A DNA stretch of 52,765 bases, the filler included, from Sphacelaria rigidula (lineage: Eukaryota), in the NCBI GenBank assembly GCA_964200075.2. It is 4 parts of 4 records of this genome, joined end to end, with 100 filler letters (N's around TTAATTAATTAA, not from the genome) between each part and the next. Parts side by side here need not be neighbours in the genome. Positions count along the whole stretch, not along the records: positions 1 to 13,117 come from CAXNAA020003140.1; 3 more parts are not named here. The stretch is one strand, 5' to 3'. Of this stretch, positions 1 to 12,455 are shown piece by piece. The notes below the pieces were generated by a model. It did no database searches and was not told the DNA's origin. It worked only from the letters and a program-made list of their open reading frames with translations. Position 1 is the stretch's first letter; every line of letters begins with the position of its first letter. The position numbers were made by a program, and so were the translations under genes.

Positions 1-2469
1 GGGTCCCCTTTCCTCCCCCCGCCCGCCCCCCCCCCCCCTGAAACCCTACCTTTCTTTTTTGCCCCCCCCCCCCCCCCCCCCCTACCCCGCCCCCTATTAT
101 GTAATATACATTGATTGTACCCTGTAGTGTGGATAGTAGATGTCTTTGTAACCCCCGATTGAAGGAAGAGTTGGGGAATTCAATCGAAAATAGCGGTGGT
201 TTCTCGATAATTGCGGGAGTAACGCCGCGCTCGCGGTCCGTTCTGCGCTTTCTCAATGTGCATGAAGGGAAGAACCATGTGTGTTTCCTGGTTGTTGACC
301 CATTTCGTTGGTGATGGGAAGGGTGTCACTCCTGGATGATGACGAACGCACACCCTGGATAATGCAAAAGATGGCGTCGTCAAAAAGTGTACTGTGTTCA
401 ATATCAACGTTTGCGTCTAATGCAATAGACGATATATTCCATACTGTACGCAATTCACTTTTTGACAATGTAATATTGTGTCCAGGGTGTAGAAAAACGA
501 GGGATTTTGGAACTCGATTCTATCGAAAACAACGAACGCCACGCTGCTTGTATGGCCATATTCCGAAAGTTGCCTCGTTGCGAAAAAATGGCGTTGAGAG
601 TGGTGGTAAGTTGGGATTCTCCAGGGTGGGTGAAGGGTGTTTGTTTTTCTGGGGGAAAGCGAGCTTGGACGCTGGCGGGTAAGCACTTCGATTTTGAGTC
701 ATTGGATAACTGTTTGGTGACGACCGGGCCTATCTTGTTTGGATTTGGATGCTTGGTTTCTGAAATGCAAGACAGTACGGCATGTGTGGGAAGGAGGGAA
801 GGAAGCCGCAACATCGGTTTTTTGTTTCAGGGTGAGCGTTTGATGTGGAGTTTTAATCTTGTGCATCGTTGAAGGCGCTCCGGAGTATGACCTTATATAA
901 TATCTGCAGCCTAATACACGGCAACTGATGCTGCTGTGGTGAGCAATATAGCGAGCACAGTACGGTTGCACCGTCCGTACCCGGCTTAGCTTCGGCGTGT
1001 ACTACTATGTACAGTATCTTGCATCAGACCACCACTCATTGATGTTGCTTTTCGTGATTTGTTCAGCGGCACACATGTATGTTCACGGCTAACTGAAAGT
1101 GCGATTTCGATGTCAGCTATGTTGCTCCACCGCCCCGTGTACGGTGCGCCCGGTGTGTATGCACGCGCGGCATCGATCTACCCAATGATGTTTTGACCGG
1201 TTCGTTCCACTAAACGAAGGTGAATGCGCACATGGCCTGGAACATGCCACGGCCAACCGCGCTGTAGTAGTAAGTAGCTAGAATAGAGTTTGGCGTAATA
1301 AGCTGTGCAGATCAGATGTACGTGCCGCCGTTGAAATTTTGCATAGTATTTTGTGGGCCCCCTTGGATGCTCCCACGCATTGTCTGTGTGAAGGTATGTT
1401 TTTTTGTGTTTTTTTTTGTTTTCATCATGATGGCAGAGGTTTATAATGGTAAAAATATGTAGTGAGGGGTTTCCCCGTTTAATAACTAAGTTGATTTTGA
1501 GTTTATTACCCGGTGCACCTGTTTGTATACGACGTACTTGGAGTACACACGAGTAGACCGCAGTTTGTTTCGTGCTCATCGCGATATTTTTTCTTGTTTT
1601 CCCCGTTTCGTCCGTGGATGAAGAGACCCTTGTGTTTGTGCGATGAAAGCACTGCGCTGTGAAACATGTCTCGTCGGTTGGTTATATCTGGGAAACATTG
1701 CCCAATGCTGTTGGCAGCGCGTGTTTGGTTTTAAGTTAGCGTAGGTTGGGGTTTGCGTCATCTTAGTTTAGGGTGTATGATCATGTTGGTGCCTACTCTC
1801 TCACTAGGGAAAGACAGGAAAGAGGCTAAAAGGGGCCGACTCCGAGTAGACATCTCTCGCGAAGCATGCATCCAAACCGAAGTCACAGTAGGTGACACTA
1901 ACGCCCAAGACCTCAGCAAGCGTCAAGTCGGGGGCTTCGACAAGTGTCTTCATGGCATTCGTGCATCTGTGCGCTCAGCTTGATGACTTAGCCAATGACA
2001 CACGCGGGACCTCCTTGCTGTAAGGAGGGTCGTTATTAACGGGACATTTTTTCGGACCTTTTTTTTTTTTTTATTTTTTTGGCTTTTTCGGGAAAATTTT
2101 CCGAATTATTAGCGGGAAAAATATGCTGGGAAGAAAACTCAAGGCCAGATTTTCTGAGTAGTATGTAGTCGTTCTGTTGGATTATTCTGTTCCTTGATCT
2201 GGTTGAGATATTTGGTGTCACCTTTTTGGGGACATTTTTTTTTCCCTTCCCGAAACAACGCCATAAATCCTCATGAGATCGAAGTGAAATAACCGGGGAG
2301 TGATGGGGGGTCATTGCGAATCTGCGCCGTTTCACTTGAAGACGACAGAAAATAATGCCGATTTCTGCGTGCAGATCAAGTCCTCGCCGCTGGTTCGTGG
2401 CGGTCCGGTCACGGAAGGGTTAGTGAAAAACGACCCGAAGTACATACTTCCTTGAAGTACGTGGGAGGG

Positions 2470-2721
2470 ATGCTACGGTCGGGGTATACAAATATTTTCT
2501 GAGGTTAGAATTGTTGAGAGCCATTATCTATGATCCAAAACACGACTTATGGAATTTGTGACAGTAAGTCAGGATTACTAGTTTCATGTGGTACTGTAGG
2601 GATATCCAGAATGAATTTGCAAACAGAGATGCCCTGACCCATATTCTTGTGCATCTAGAATCGTTGGGAACCCTTGAACCAGAGAAGATTCTGCGCAAAA
2701 AGTGCGCCCCTACCGTAGCAT
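2470..2721. mobile_element. MITE family A copy (TIR ATGCTACGGTAGGGG)
   Basis: Terminal inverted repeats atgctacggtcgggg / cccctaccgtagcat; interior clearly homologous to 10654-10897. Confidence 0.85.
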
Positions 2722-3747
2722 TGCTGATGGCAGCTTCGGGAGCTAAAGCAACCGCGAGGTGCTTATCGCTGATGTATTGTTCCATGTGCTCTTACTGCCG
2801 TGAACATGGAGCGACGCAAGTGCGTTACGCAACATGAGTGTATCCCGTAAAATGCGGTGTCAAGATCTATACGATTTTGCCCCCCTGTGTATCTCCCCCG
2901 CGTGATGAATTTTCGGCATCATGTTATCACAGCACCTACAGTACGGACAGGGTACATTGTACATCGCTCCCAGATATCCCACCCGGGTGATGAATCTTGG
3001 GGTCCAAAAAAAGCTATATAGAGCTAGTAGTTGTGTGGGTCATAACTTTTGAGTCCAGCGCACTCATCACCCGGAGGGTCGTACACAGTCTATTTCCACG
3101 GTGCATTAAACCGTACACGCACATGGAACATATTTCGCACACACTGGTACACTGGTACTACATGGTTCAAGCTTCTGAAAAAGTCGCACCGTTCAGAATA
3201 CATAATGCTGTTGTATGTGTAATACGCAGTACTTACCGGCATATTACCGACCAACTCTGTCACTGGACACTGGACCGTGGTTTCAACCAGTAACTGAATG
3301 GTGCACTTGTTTTCATGTCTCGAGTGTAGGCGCACACTGGAAATGGAAAACGCGACATAAATGATCAGTATCTTGAGCAATGATGGTTCCTGTCTGGGAA
3401 GAAAGGAATGGGTCGCGCTTGCTTCTCTTTTGATGCAGCCGGCAGACAAACCCGCGTGGCAATCTCTCGACATGCGCAAGTGGTTATGATATGATGCAGA
3501 ATAATCCCCGGGTTCCCGCAGTTGCATGGTTGGCGTTTTTTATACGCTGTTTTGGAAATATTTCAACTGTGCTCGAGCCATGAAGGATCTACAGTATCTA
3601 GCGTACTTCTTTGTACTGCAGGAACATTACAGCAGCGGTGCAACGAGGAATACCTATCCATGCTCACATACGCATCACGGCTACTAGTTCTGCGTCTGTG
3701 AAGAGTGTCCACGGAGGAAGACTGACATACAGTATCGTGATATCACA

Positions 3748-3825
3748 ATGTCGGCGGCCGCTACTACCATGCCGGAGATATCTGAAGCAGAGTTCAGAAA
3801 AGTGATCTCCAAGCCGCTTATAAAG
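3748..3825 (+). CDS. DNAL4: Axonemal dynein light chain 4 (DNAL4/LC10), exon 1 of 4
   Basis: ATG at 3748; MSAAATTMPEISEAEFRKVISKPLIK followed by a GT donor (AAG|gtgaac); resembles the DNAL4 N-terminus (EADYKRLQTFPLVR). Confidence 0.8.
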
Positions 3826-4760
3826 GTGAACTGAAGGATCGTCATGACAGAATTTTGAATTGCATCCCATTTTACTGGAGAAAATATGTGGAGGCGATGA
3901 TGTAGCGTCCATGACCTGGGGTCCGTGTTGTTGAAAAGCGAGTGAGTGCACACAACTACCTTGAAGCTCATGCCACCATGGAATGTATCGAGATCATCTG
4001 CAAATGTCTTCGATACGGATAGTATCTGCGCAGAGCCGCATCCGTCAACGACTTCGATTCACGATTCTCCGGCGTGGGGACGCAGCGATGTAGCAGCTGC
4101 GAAGCAATCAATAACCTGCTCTCAGAAGACTGGACGAGGATTACAGCAGTATTTTAACCACTCATCACTCCTACTCCTTGTATGTTGTGATGCATACCAC
4201 AAATGTCAGCTGGGGAATATATTTGGCTTTCTTTCTAAGCTGGCCTCCTCTATCTACAATGATCATTTCAGTCGAGCCGGCTATTATTGTGCAACCTGTT
4301 CACATACCATGTGAATTTACACGGGAGAGGAATCAACGAGAAGCTTTGCCGGGTCTGAGCCATGTATGTCCAGCTTTGAGGCTCTTCATGACAACGGTAC
4401 ACGCATGTTTGCCAAAATCGTTGAGTCATACCGTAGAAGGCGTTACACGCTTGAACCTGGATGTTTCTCGGTACTGAGGGCACCCTGAAGGTAGGAACTA
4501 GACAAGAATAGGCTTCCCGTTTGGAAATTCATTCGAGATATCCCCAGCCCATTCATTGCAAAATTGATCTTTGCAATCTCTCCCGTCTTTCAGAAGTCGT
4601 TTTTTGGAAGATATGAAGGGTTCCTGACAACTCAAACCTACTACTGTGCGAAATATGATGCCCACTCCTACCGTGACATGGCCCTTTTTTCTGTTGATCC
4701 CGCTCTCGGCGCAACTCTGGCTACTGGGCGTGCCGGCGAAACTACGATACTCGGTACCAG

Positions 4761-4850
4761 AGCTCAGACATGCCCCAGGAGATGGTACAGGAGGCCGTGG
4801 AAATCGTCACTATGTCCGTAGATAAGTTCATCAACGTCAAGAACTACGAG
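4761..4850 (+). CDS. DNAL4: DNAL4 exon 2
   Basis: cag|SSDMPQEMVQEAVEIVTMSVDKFINVKNYE|gtacgc; phase 0/0; dynein light chain SDM motif. Confidence 0.92.
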
Positions 4851-5445
4851 GTACGCAGCGCAGGAAAACAGAGATAGAGCCGCTGAACGATAAGGGCGGG
4901 TATCATTGTTACGTGTGCTTCCCGCCTGCAATGACGAAACCCTGTGTTTTCTCCCTCCCAGAAACACCGGAACATGATATGTTGCTCTCTTTCCTGAACC
5001 ACATTGTCGCACCACCCTCTAGCAAGCGCCACAGTCTCGGCAATCGAAGATATCCCGGGGATACTAGAGAATAAATTATCCTCGGATAAGCAAGTCCGTT
5101 CGATTGAAGTACGCAGTATAAATTGACACCTTCTCGCCGAACGAGCCAGTACAGTACCGGAGGCGCCGAAAGATATTTATATCGGTCCTTTCTTGCTGAA
5201 CCCGTGTCATTGGCATTCTGGCCGATATTTTTGCTTACTAGCCGCTAATCCACCACCTAGTCGCCATGAGTTTTTGCTCGATACTCGTGCCTGCACATTT
5301 AACCCGCCGCTGACTTTGTGAGAAAATGTACATTATTAGCTCGTGATCAAGAATCCAAACCGAGTGGCGCGTTCCGAGGTCTTTTGATGCGAACGTTACT
5401 CAGCCGAGGATGGGATGGTTGAGCATTTCTCGGTCGTGCAGCTAC

Positions 5446-5740
5446 AAACAACGTTTTCGTGAGATTGAGAGTAGAACGCTGATTGAGAGTGGCTTTGATC
5501 ATTCGCTTGCTCTCAGCCATTTTTTCATTCCGTGTGTGCTTTTCTTCACCTCCATCACTGGCGTGTGCTTATAGCTACATGTCGATATCTTACTCAGGGA
5601 CATCAAGGACCTCAGTGGCAAGCTGCTGCAGAAAGCATATTAGGCCTCGTGGAGGGGCATTTCGAAACAGAAACGATTCATTCACTAATTGACCGCTTTT
5701 ATCGTATCCTCTACTCTCAATCTCACGAAAACATTGTTTA
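5446..5740. mobile_element. MITE family B copy in DNAL4 intron 2 (TIR AACAGTGTTTTCGTGAGATTGAGAGT)
   Basis: ~30-bp TIRs aacaacgttttcgtgagattgagagtaga / tctactctcaatctcacgaaaacattgtt; homologues at 12303, 35915 and 52694. Confidence 0.85.
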
Positions 5741-5999
5741 CTTTGTTTAGTGTCATTACGATGTCGCAGGCTTCTTCCTAGAACGTAATCTGCTCCAAGG
5801 TATGCTTTGCTTTCGAAATGTCGATCATATTGTGCCCTCCCTCCCCCCCTCCCCCCCCTCGTGCCCACCTCCTCTTCACATCGGAAAATCACTCGGTGTT
5901 CTGAACACGAGATGACGTCTGAGCCGCTGCCGTGTAATCGGTATTTCCCTTCATCGGAAAATATCTCTTTTTGCCGCTGCATCGCATTTTTACAACCAG

Positions 6000-6151
6000 G
6001 CTGCAGCCCAGGTGATCAAAAACTCGATGGATAAAAAGTTCGGGGCATCTTGGCATTGCGCAATAGGAGAAGGATTCGGCTTTGAGATCACATACCAGCA
6101 GCGAAACATGGTGTATGTCTTCTACGGTCAGATCGGGGTGTTGACGTTCAA
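6000..6151 (+). CDS. DNAL4: DNAL4 exon 3
   Basis: cag|AAAQVIKNSMDKKFGASWHCAIGEGFGFEITYQQRNMVYVFYGQIGVLTF(K)|gtgagt; DNAL4 signature MDKKFG.SWH..IGEGFGFEIT. Confidence 0.95.
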
Positions 6152-6710
6152 GTGAGTGTGAGAAAGAAATAGAGAAGCAAGCAGTAGCGCGCCACCCATG
6201 GTACTTGCGAGATGAGCGACGATTCGGCCAAGTGCTCGTATAGTTGTTAATATACAAAATTGAACTTGAAGCTGAGATCAAATTCCCGTGTCGTCCTACA
6301 CAATCCGATCGAGGATATAATATAGCGATCGTCCAGCCACGGGATGAGGGAAATTAGGGCCTAAGAGGATATACCGAACGTCTGAGTACGTATCCCATCC
6401 GTTTCCTCGGACACCACGGAGCCGTAGCTTCCTGATGGAGGGCAAGGCAATGCATGACTCGAACGTCTATATCCGCTCTCGCTCCCGCAAAGCTACGTTT
6501 GGCGATCGGGCATTTGATTGGTAGAAGAGATATGTAGTATGCCGAAGCGAAGGGTAAGGACATGGAGCCGTTCCGTTTGAGTGTTGATCACGAAAATGCT
6601 AGGCACGCTAAATAGTATGCTGTCAAAATCTCAGTCACCAATCGCATCTGAGAATGAACTTCCCCATCTCCGCGGTTCTGTTCCGTTCAATTGTCTTTCG
6701 TCATTTGCAG

Positions 6711-6717
6711 ATGTTGA
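6711..6717 (+). CDS. DNAL4: DNAL4 terminal exon, 7 coding nt (completes K-C-stop)
   Basis: Pyrimidine tract + tttgcag|A TGT TGA; joins AA| of exon 3 to give ...FKC*, like the DNAL4 C-terminal KC(S). Spliced CDS is 327 nt = 108 aa. Confidence 0.7.
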
Positions 6718-8152
6718 TTTGACACGCCTAGGAGTGATTTTTCGTTGAAAAACACGACTTGCAGCACTCCACCCACAAACACCCTGGGATAGCTCGCCCA
6801 GTTACGATATTGGATCGGCTTCTTCTTCCTCTTCGGCTGAGAGATACAGTACTGGGCTGAGCGGCGGATCACGTAGCCATGGGGGTGGGAGTGAGAGGGG
6901 TAGGTGTACAGATATCATATCTGTATAGAATGTCGGGGAAAGAGACGCACTCGTCCATCTTGTGCGGATGCCGGCGTTACCTGTCGAGGTATCATTGCTT
7001 CCGGTCGCCAAAATGTCATTGAAAATCCAACAAGCTAACAATGAACTCAGGGGACGGGTACCAGGAACGGGGAGAAGACTTCCTGGGCACGTTCATATGT
7101 TGTATGGCAAAGGTTCGCCCTGTGAGAGTGCGGTAGTCACTGGAGTCGAGACTAGACAAGTCATTTTAAACGTCCATCTACAGTTTACGCAATTGATTAC
7201 GCTATCGAGGTGGGATTACTAGGAGGAGTCATAGATTCCGCTGTATTGGCCGGTTCAAACTAACGTGAGGAACGCAGACACGACAAGTTCAGCCTTCGGA
7301 TCATGAGACCTGCGTTGAGGAAGAGCTATGACGACAGCTCAATTCGACTGCAAAAACATCACCATTGCGCAAAGACAGCCTCGCGTGGGATGTTGAATAA
7401 AATATCAAGCCAGCTGCGACCGCGCACCCAGCAATGCTTGGGGCTGGTATAGGAGGTGATGTACGGGGGTAGGAATGACAATCACCCCGATTAAAGTTCA
7501 TGCCTCTTCGGAGCATTAAATCCGGTTTGATTCTACCAGAGTTCGAAATTACCTGAGGAATAGCGGATTCAAACAATTCTCAACTGCCCCCCAGCGGTGG
7601 TAGTCGGAATTCTTGTCGATGAGGACGTTGCCATCTGTTCGGAAAGCAATCTCCCCGGTTGTGTTAAGAAGAGATTTTCAGGTCGTGCGAGGAGTCATAG
7701 CAGGGTAAATACAAGAAATGAATTCATCAAACTAACCTCTGTATCTCTCTTTGAGAGCCCCGACTAAATATCCTGTCGTACATCAGGGGCTGCGTAGCTA
7801 CCCTCCTACTGTACGCTCGAACATTTAGGCGTGTTAAAAATACTCCTAGACGCCTGCTCGGTTTGCAAAGTGCCGAACGGAAAATATACAGCTGAAGCCA
7901 CGTGCCTACTGACGGGGAGCGTTAATAAGCAACACGCAAAAGCCTTCACTTCCCGTATATCTACTGAACACCCGTACTTTCCAATGAAGATTGACTGTTG
8001 CCGCCAGCTCTCGTTCGCCTAAACAGATACACGCCGAGTTCGCTAAAGACGAAAATATCGAAAAAAACGTGAAGACCCCCCCCTCATCCACATGGGTCAT
8101 CCTCATTTTCCTCGTATTCCGCCAAATTTCAACTGCACTGCTTCGTATTTCC

Positions 8153-9733
8153 TCACGTCTTGAATATTGGTGAAGTGGGACGAATTTCATGCTTCACCCC
8201 TCCGAAAGCAAAGAAGTCGCTCATGGGAAAGATGTCGGCGGCCGCCGCGGCGGGGGCGGCGGCGCAAGGGGGCAAGGGGAACCCTTGTCTTTCCAAGTGT
8301 GGATCCTTGCCGAATGCAGCACTTCCAGCGGTGAAGCCGCCGTAACCACCGCTTTGCGGCAAGGTCATGCGCTGCAAAGCCGAGTACACGTCTCGGTCTG
8401 TCGTCGAGAACTCACGTTCGCGCCCAAATACGTGAACCTCCACCCCTCTGCTATGGGCTGTGGTTGTTCCGGTACCCCGAGAGTGGCGATGCAGGGTGAC
8501 TTTGTGCAGGGTCTCGTTCTGCACGCTTGGAGAAGGCGGGGGGAGGCCGTGCGACGGATTACCAGTACCCCCTATTCCACTGCCAGATGACTCACGGTAA
8601 ATAGGGTAGGTGGTTCCAATTTCGCTCGCGCTGTTGAAGGGTGTAGTCGATTCACCAACGTAGTCGATGCTGCCGCCGCCACTCGCCGAGTCGCCCTTGT
8701 GCATAGCTGTCCTGGCACAAAACGAGTAATTCTTGTCGAGGTTTTGCTGATACGATGTGTACGGTGTATAGATGTTGTTTCTATCGACAGGCATACCAGG
8801 CTGGAGCTCCTCCTCTTCCAACTCGCGCCCAGTGAAATACCCATCCACGGCATAGGGGATCGTTCTCTTGCGCTTCACGCCCTCCTGCGTCCGAGCGCGC
8901 TCGACACTGCGACTCTGCAAACGGGGCGGCGTGGGTCTCCTTGCGCTGTGGACCGCTGTTCGTTGTTTCTCCGGCAGTAGGCACGACTCATCTCCTGGAG
9001 TTTTGTCAACAGCCACACATCTCAGCCACGGGCGCTTTTGAGGTGTTTTGTCGCTTGATTCAGGGTCGACAGAAACAGAGCAGTCACCACTCGATGCAGG
9101 CTTTCGATTGCTCGGCTCACGGGAGGCATAGGAATGAGCTCCATCCTCTCCCACACTAACATCCGACTTCGTCTGTTTAATGGCGTTCGCGCAAGTCTCA
9201 TGCCCTGACTTATGCCCCGACGCGCGTCGAGTCTTGTTTTGCCCATTCCCCTTGAGAACAGCTGGGCGAGATACGCATTCTGTACGCATGGTCGATGAAG
9301 GGACCACATAAGTCCTGGCAGATATAGAAGACGCCCTTCTACTCATCGCGCCTTCCTCCTTGAGTCCCTTGTAGTGGCCACCCGCAGAACTCCTGGTGCC
9401 GCCGGTGTATCCGGGACGTAGAGGCTGACCCGAACACCTCGCAGAACGAACGCTTGATGCCAGAGAGACGTTAGCCGCGTTATCCCGAGCATCAGTCTTC
9501 TTCGCATAGCGATCAGACTGTGCTACATCAGCAGGCATTGTCGCCGCCTTACCACCACAGGATTGAGATTCACTCGTTCTGTTGTGGCCATTAGTGCCGT
9601 CAATTTTAGACTTTGTCTTTACTGGAGACTTGCGACGCTCGTGACTCAGCCGCGAATCAAGGGCGGCACGAAGCGGTAAGTTGGTGTTCTTGGTAAGAGC
9701 TTCCCTATGAGCTATCAGTTCGGAGATTTTTCT
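8153..9733 (-). CDS. RWP-RK transcription factor, long C-terminal exon (low complexity, likely disordered)
   Basis: Acceptor tgacag|AGA at 9733 opens a 527-codon frame (RKISELIAHREAL... into the listed 461-aa ORF); phase 0 matches exon 1 and continues the predicted coiled coil. Confidence 0.75.
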   Translation of the reverse strand, partial: RKISELIAHREALTKNTNLPLRAALDSRLSHERRKSPVKTKSKIDGTNGHNRTSESQSCGGKAATMPADVAQSDRYAKKTDARDNAANVSLASSVRSARCSGQPLRPGYTGGTRSSAGGHYKGLKEEGAMSRRASSISARTYVVPSSTMRTECVSRPAVLKGNGQNKTRRASGHKSGHETCANAIKQTKSDVSVGEDGAHSYASREPSNRKPASSGDCSVSVDPESSDKTPQKRPWLRCVAVDKTPGDESCLLPEKQRTAVHSARRPTPPRLQSRSVERARTQEGVKRKRTIPYAVDGYFTGRELEEEELQPGMPVDRNNIYTPYTSYQQNLDKNYSFCARTAMHKGDSASGGGSIDYVGESTTPFNSASEIGTTYPIYRESSGSGIGGTGNPSHGLPPPSPSVQNETLHKVTLHRHSRGTGTTTAHSRGVEVHVFGREREFSTTDRDVYSALQRMTLPQSGGYGGFTAGSAAFGKDPHLERQGFPLPPCAAAPAAAAADIFPMSDFFAFGGVKHEIRPTSPIFKT

Positions 9734-10278
9734 CTGTCAGTAAACAGCAGCAAGCAAGTTCCGGAAGTTGAAACACGACTACAGAGTCCAGAGGGCATGG
9801 AGGAGTAGGCCGTGTCCAGGCTGTGCGTCAATAATATGCACAACACTCAGAATACAACATCAACTACTACGCAGTAGCGGAGGATAGACGCTCGATCGTG
9901 GCTCGAAAATAAACAAAAACGTCCGAGGAGTAAGCTGAATTTGTGCTGTACCTTCACCTCAAGTCAGCATGCATGTTTTGGCATCCTCTTGGCCACACCT
10001 TGGAGCAACGGTCGAAGCTCCTATTACGTGCCGATTAACTTTTCAATTGGGAAACATCTGGAGACGAATACGTCTGTCAATTCACGAGGGCGGGCAATAA
10101 GACGCTGGGTCTGGCACCGATCACTAGTGCATCGAAAATGAAATTCGGGGGAGCCAGAGATGTTGTCGCTTCTGGCAAGTGATATATCGCATCTCACCCA
10201 CGGAATCGTCAGCTGCTGCAGTGGTTTATCCCTTCGACCGCCAGGGTGGGTTAGCCGAATATTGGAATCGAGTGGTTC

Positions 10279-10408
10279 TACGGTAGGGGTGCACATATGT
10301 TTCTGAGGCTCTGCACTTTAAGAGCTTCTTGATGAGAAACATCTGGGCCCTGTTGTGCAGCCTCAGAAAATTTACGTCATAAAAAGTAAAAAGTGCACCC
10401 CTACCGTA
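10279..10408. mobile_element. Short MITE family A derivative in the RWP-RK intron
   Basis: tacggtaggggtgcac ... gtgcacccctaccgta perfect 16-bp IR; 130 bp. Confidence 0.75.
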
Positions 10409-10653
10409 ATATCCTTCAGTCATTTTCAATGAAAACGACGTCGATTCAACGGATAAATTACCCTGGCGGTCAAAGGGTTGATAGACCACACTCGCGCGCA
10501 AGCAATGCACAAAATGACCGTGTACTGCGTACAGTGGTCATGACATCGTGATGAGGAAAAGATGCGCACCCCGTTGTCATACAGTGCGGTGTAGCGAAGT
10601 ACACTCCACTCCACTTCACTACCACTACATCCGCCAAGACTTCGAGAGGAGGG

Positions 10654-10897
10654 ATGCTACGGTAGGGGTGCAAAATATTTTCTGAGGTTTGAGTTATCAG
10701 AAGCCCTTTATCTCATCCAAAACACGACTTATGAACACATGAGAATGCGCCAGGACTACTATTCCAATGTGCTAGGGATGTCCCGAATGAATTTGCAAAC
10801 GGGGTTACCCTGACCCATATTCTTGTGCATCTGGAATCTTTTGGAGCCCCTGAACCAGACAAGATTTCGCGCAAAAAGTGCAACCCTACCGTAGCAT
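10654..10897. mobile_element. MITE family A copy in the RWP-RK intron
   Basis: TIRs atgctacggtaggggtgca / tgcaaccctaccgtagcat; homologous to 2470-2721. Confidence 0.85.
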
Positions 10898-10936
10898 TGC
10901 TCAGAGACGCTACCGATACTGCGCGTCAACCATCAC

Positions 10937-11227
10937 CTCAATGGCTTCCAACTTCTTCGTTTCGGATTCTGCATTCGTTTCAACCGGAAGTGAAAGCACT
11001 TGCTCCCGCAGCATAACGATCGTCTTGTTTATAGCGTTCATCTGTCGATAAGGCCACCGGGTGATCCCATACTTCCGGCACAGGCGTTTGACGATGGTGG
11101 TGGACACGCCAAGCGCCTCGCTAGCGTCCGTGATGGGCCGGTCGAAATACTCCTCCAGCATTTCCCTTGTAGCCGCCTTCGAGAACCCGCGAATCCTACT
11201 GTTGATTACCACCACTGGCGCCGCCAT
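10937..11227 (-). CDS. RWP-RK domain transcription factor, exon 1 (DNA-binding domain)
   Basis: TREMLEEYFDRPITDASEALGVSTTIVKRLCRKYGITRWPYRQ is a clear RWP-RK domain; phase-0 donor after ...LEAIE (GAG|gtgatg); start ATG 11227 (an upstream exon is possible via the acceptor at 11232). Confidence 0.9.
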
Positions 11228-12302
11228 GATCCTGCGATACAACGTCGGGAGTCGTGGTGTATACTATACAGTGTATCACAGTGATCGCGACCGCGACTGC
11301 AAGCCTTGGGAGACCTCTGATAATTGCCTACTGCAATATCTTCAAGTCCACACAGCAGCTCGTACCTTTCGGCCTCTAAGGATCGGATACTACTCCACGA
11401 ATTCGAGGATATTGACAGGATGGGAGACAGCTGTACACGACATTTCACCTTCTCAGTAGTCGATCCTCTCTTTGTAAGGCAGTGTAGTCGGCGCACTATC
11501 CAGCGAGATCTTCGGCTTCACTGGGGCTGGAGGGAAAGATTTCTCCTGCACACGATCCTCCTTGCTGGCTGAGAGATTCCAGAGCTATGCCCCGCAGAAC
11601 TGCGAAGTGACGTAGAGACACTACACGCGTATCTTCTAGCGGTCTTTGTCAAGAAAAGCGAAGCTAAACCATGGAGGGAGCAACGAGCGAGGGGTAAGTA
11701 CAACCCGCCAGTTTTGCGCCGGCCATGCTACTATAGTGTTTCACATGTGAGTCGAAACGCCTCTGCAGCTTTTGTATTCTGTTTTGGATGATGACCAACG
11801 TATCTGAGTGTAGGTACATGTGTGACCCCTTTGATCAGGGCGTACAGCAGCATCACGTGGGCAAAACCGATTGTGATGTATCCCATTCATCACGCGCGTG
11901 CACCAACACGCGAGATACTGCCGCCCACGTACATCATGTGTGTGTTTGCCATCCCATCTATTCTGGACGCCAGCCTATACCTTTTCGGTATATTTGCGGA
12001 CGGATCAGTCGGGCACACTGCAGGAGGTCAAAACAGCCGTTTTGATACATTTACTTCGTTTGTTTCTGGGTCTCCCCTTTTTTTCGCGGTGCATTTCCCT
12101 CGTCGGTCGTGAAGTGCAGTTTATGTAGTCACCAAGATTCGGACCCACGTCCCGAGCGTCAGAAGGCTTCCACTGATGCCGCGATAAGTGACCCAAAAGA
12201 GTGTCGGATTCGAGGCAGCAGGATCTACATGTGAACCAAAATAACGACGTCGAGAGTACACGGAGCAGTCGGGAACTCGCATGCTTGCGGATCGTTGTTG
12301 CC

Positions 12303-12455
12303 AATAACGTTTCCTTGAGATCGAGAGCAGAGGGCTGATTGAGAGGGGCTCTGATCATTTCCTTCACCTCAGCCAATTTTTTGTTTTGTGTGCTTTCCGT
12401 TGCATCCATCACTGGCGTGAGGTTACAGCTACACGTCGAGATCCTACTCAGGGAT
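12303..12455. mobile_element. MITE family B degenerate partial copy
   Basis: Aligns by eye to the left half of 5446-5740 (gattgagag...tgatcatt...ccatcactggcgtg...agctaca.gtcga.atc.tactcaggga). Confidence 0.7.

Noticed and set aside
1-870. Poly-C tract and several overlapping ORFs
   Set aside because: No recognisable motifs; cannot support a gene call
3748-11227. Sex-determining-region interpretation (RWP-RK as a MID-like gene in a TE-rich region)
   Set aside because: Sequence alone gives no evidence of sex linkage, and the known brown algal male determinant is an HMG-box gene
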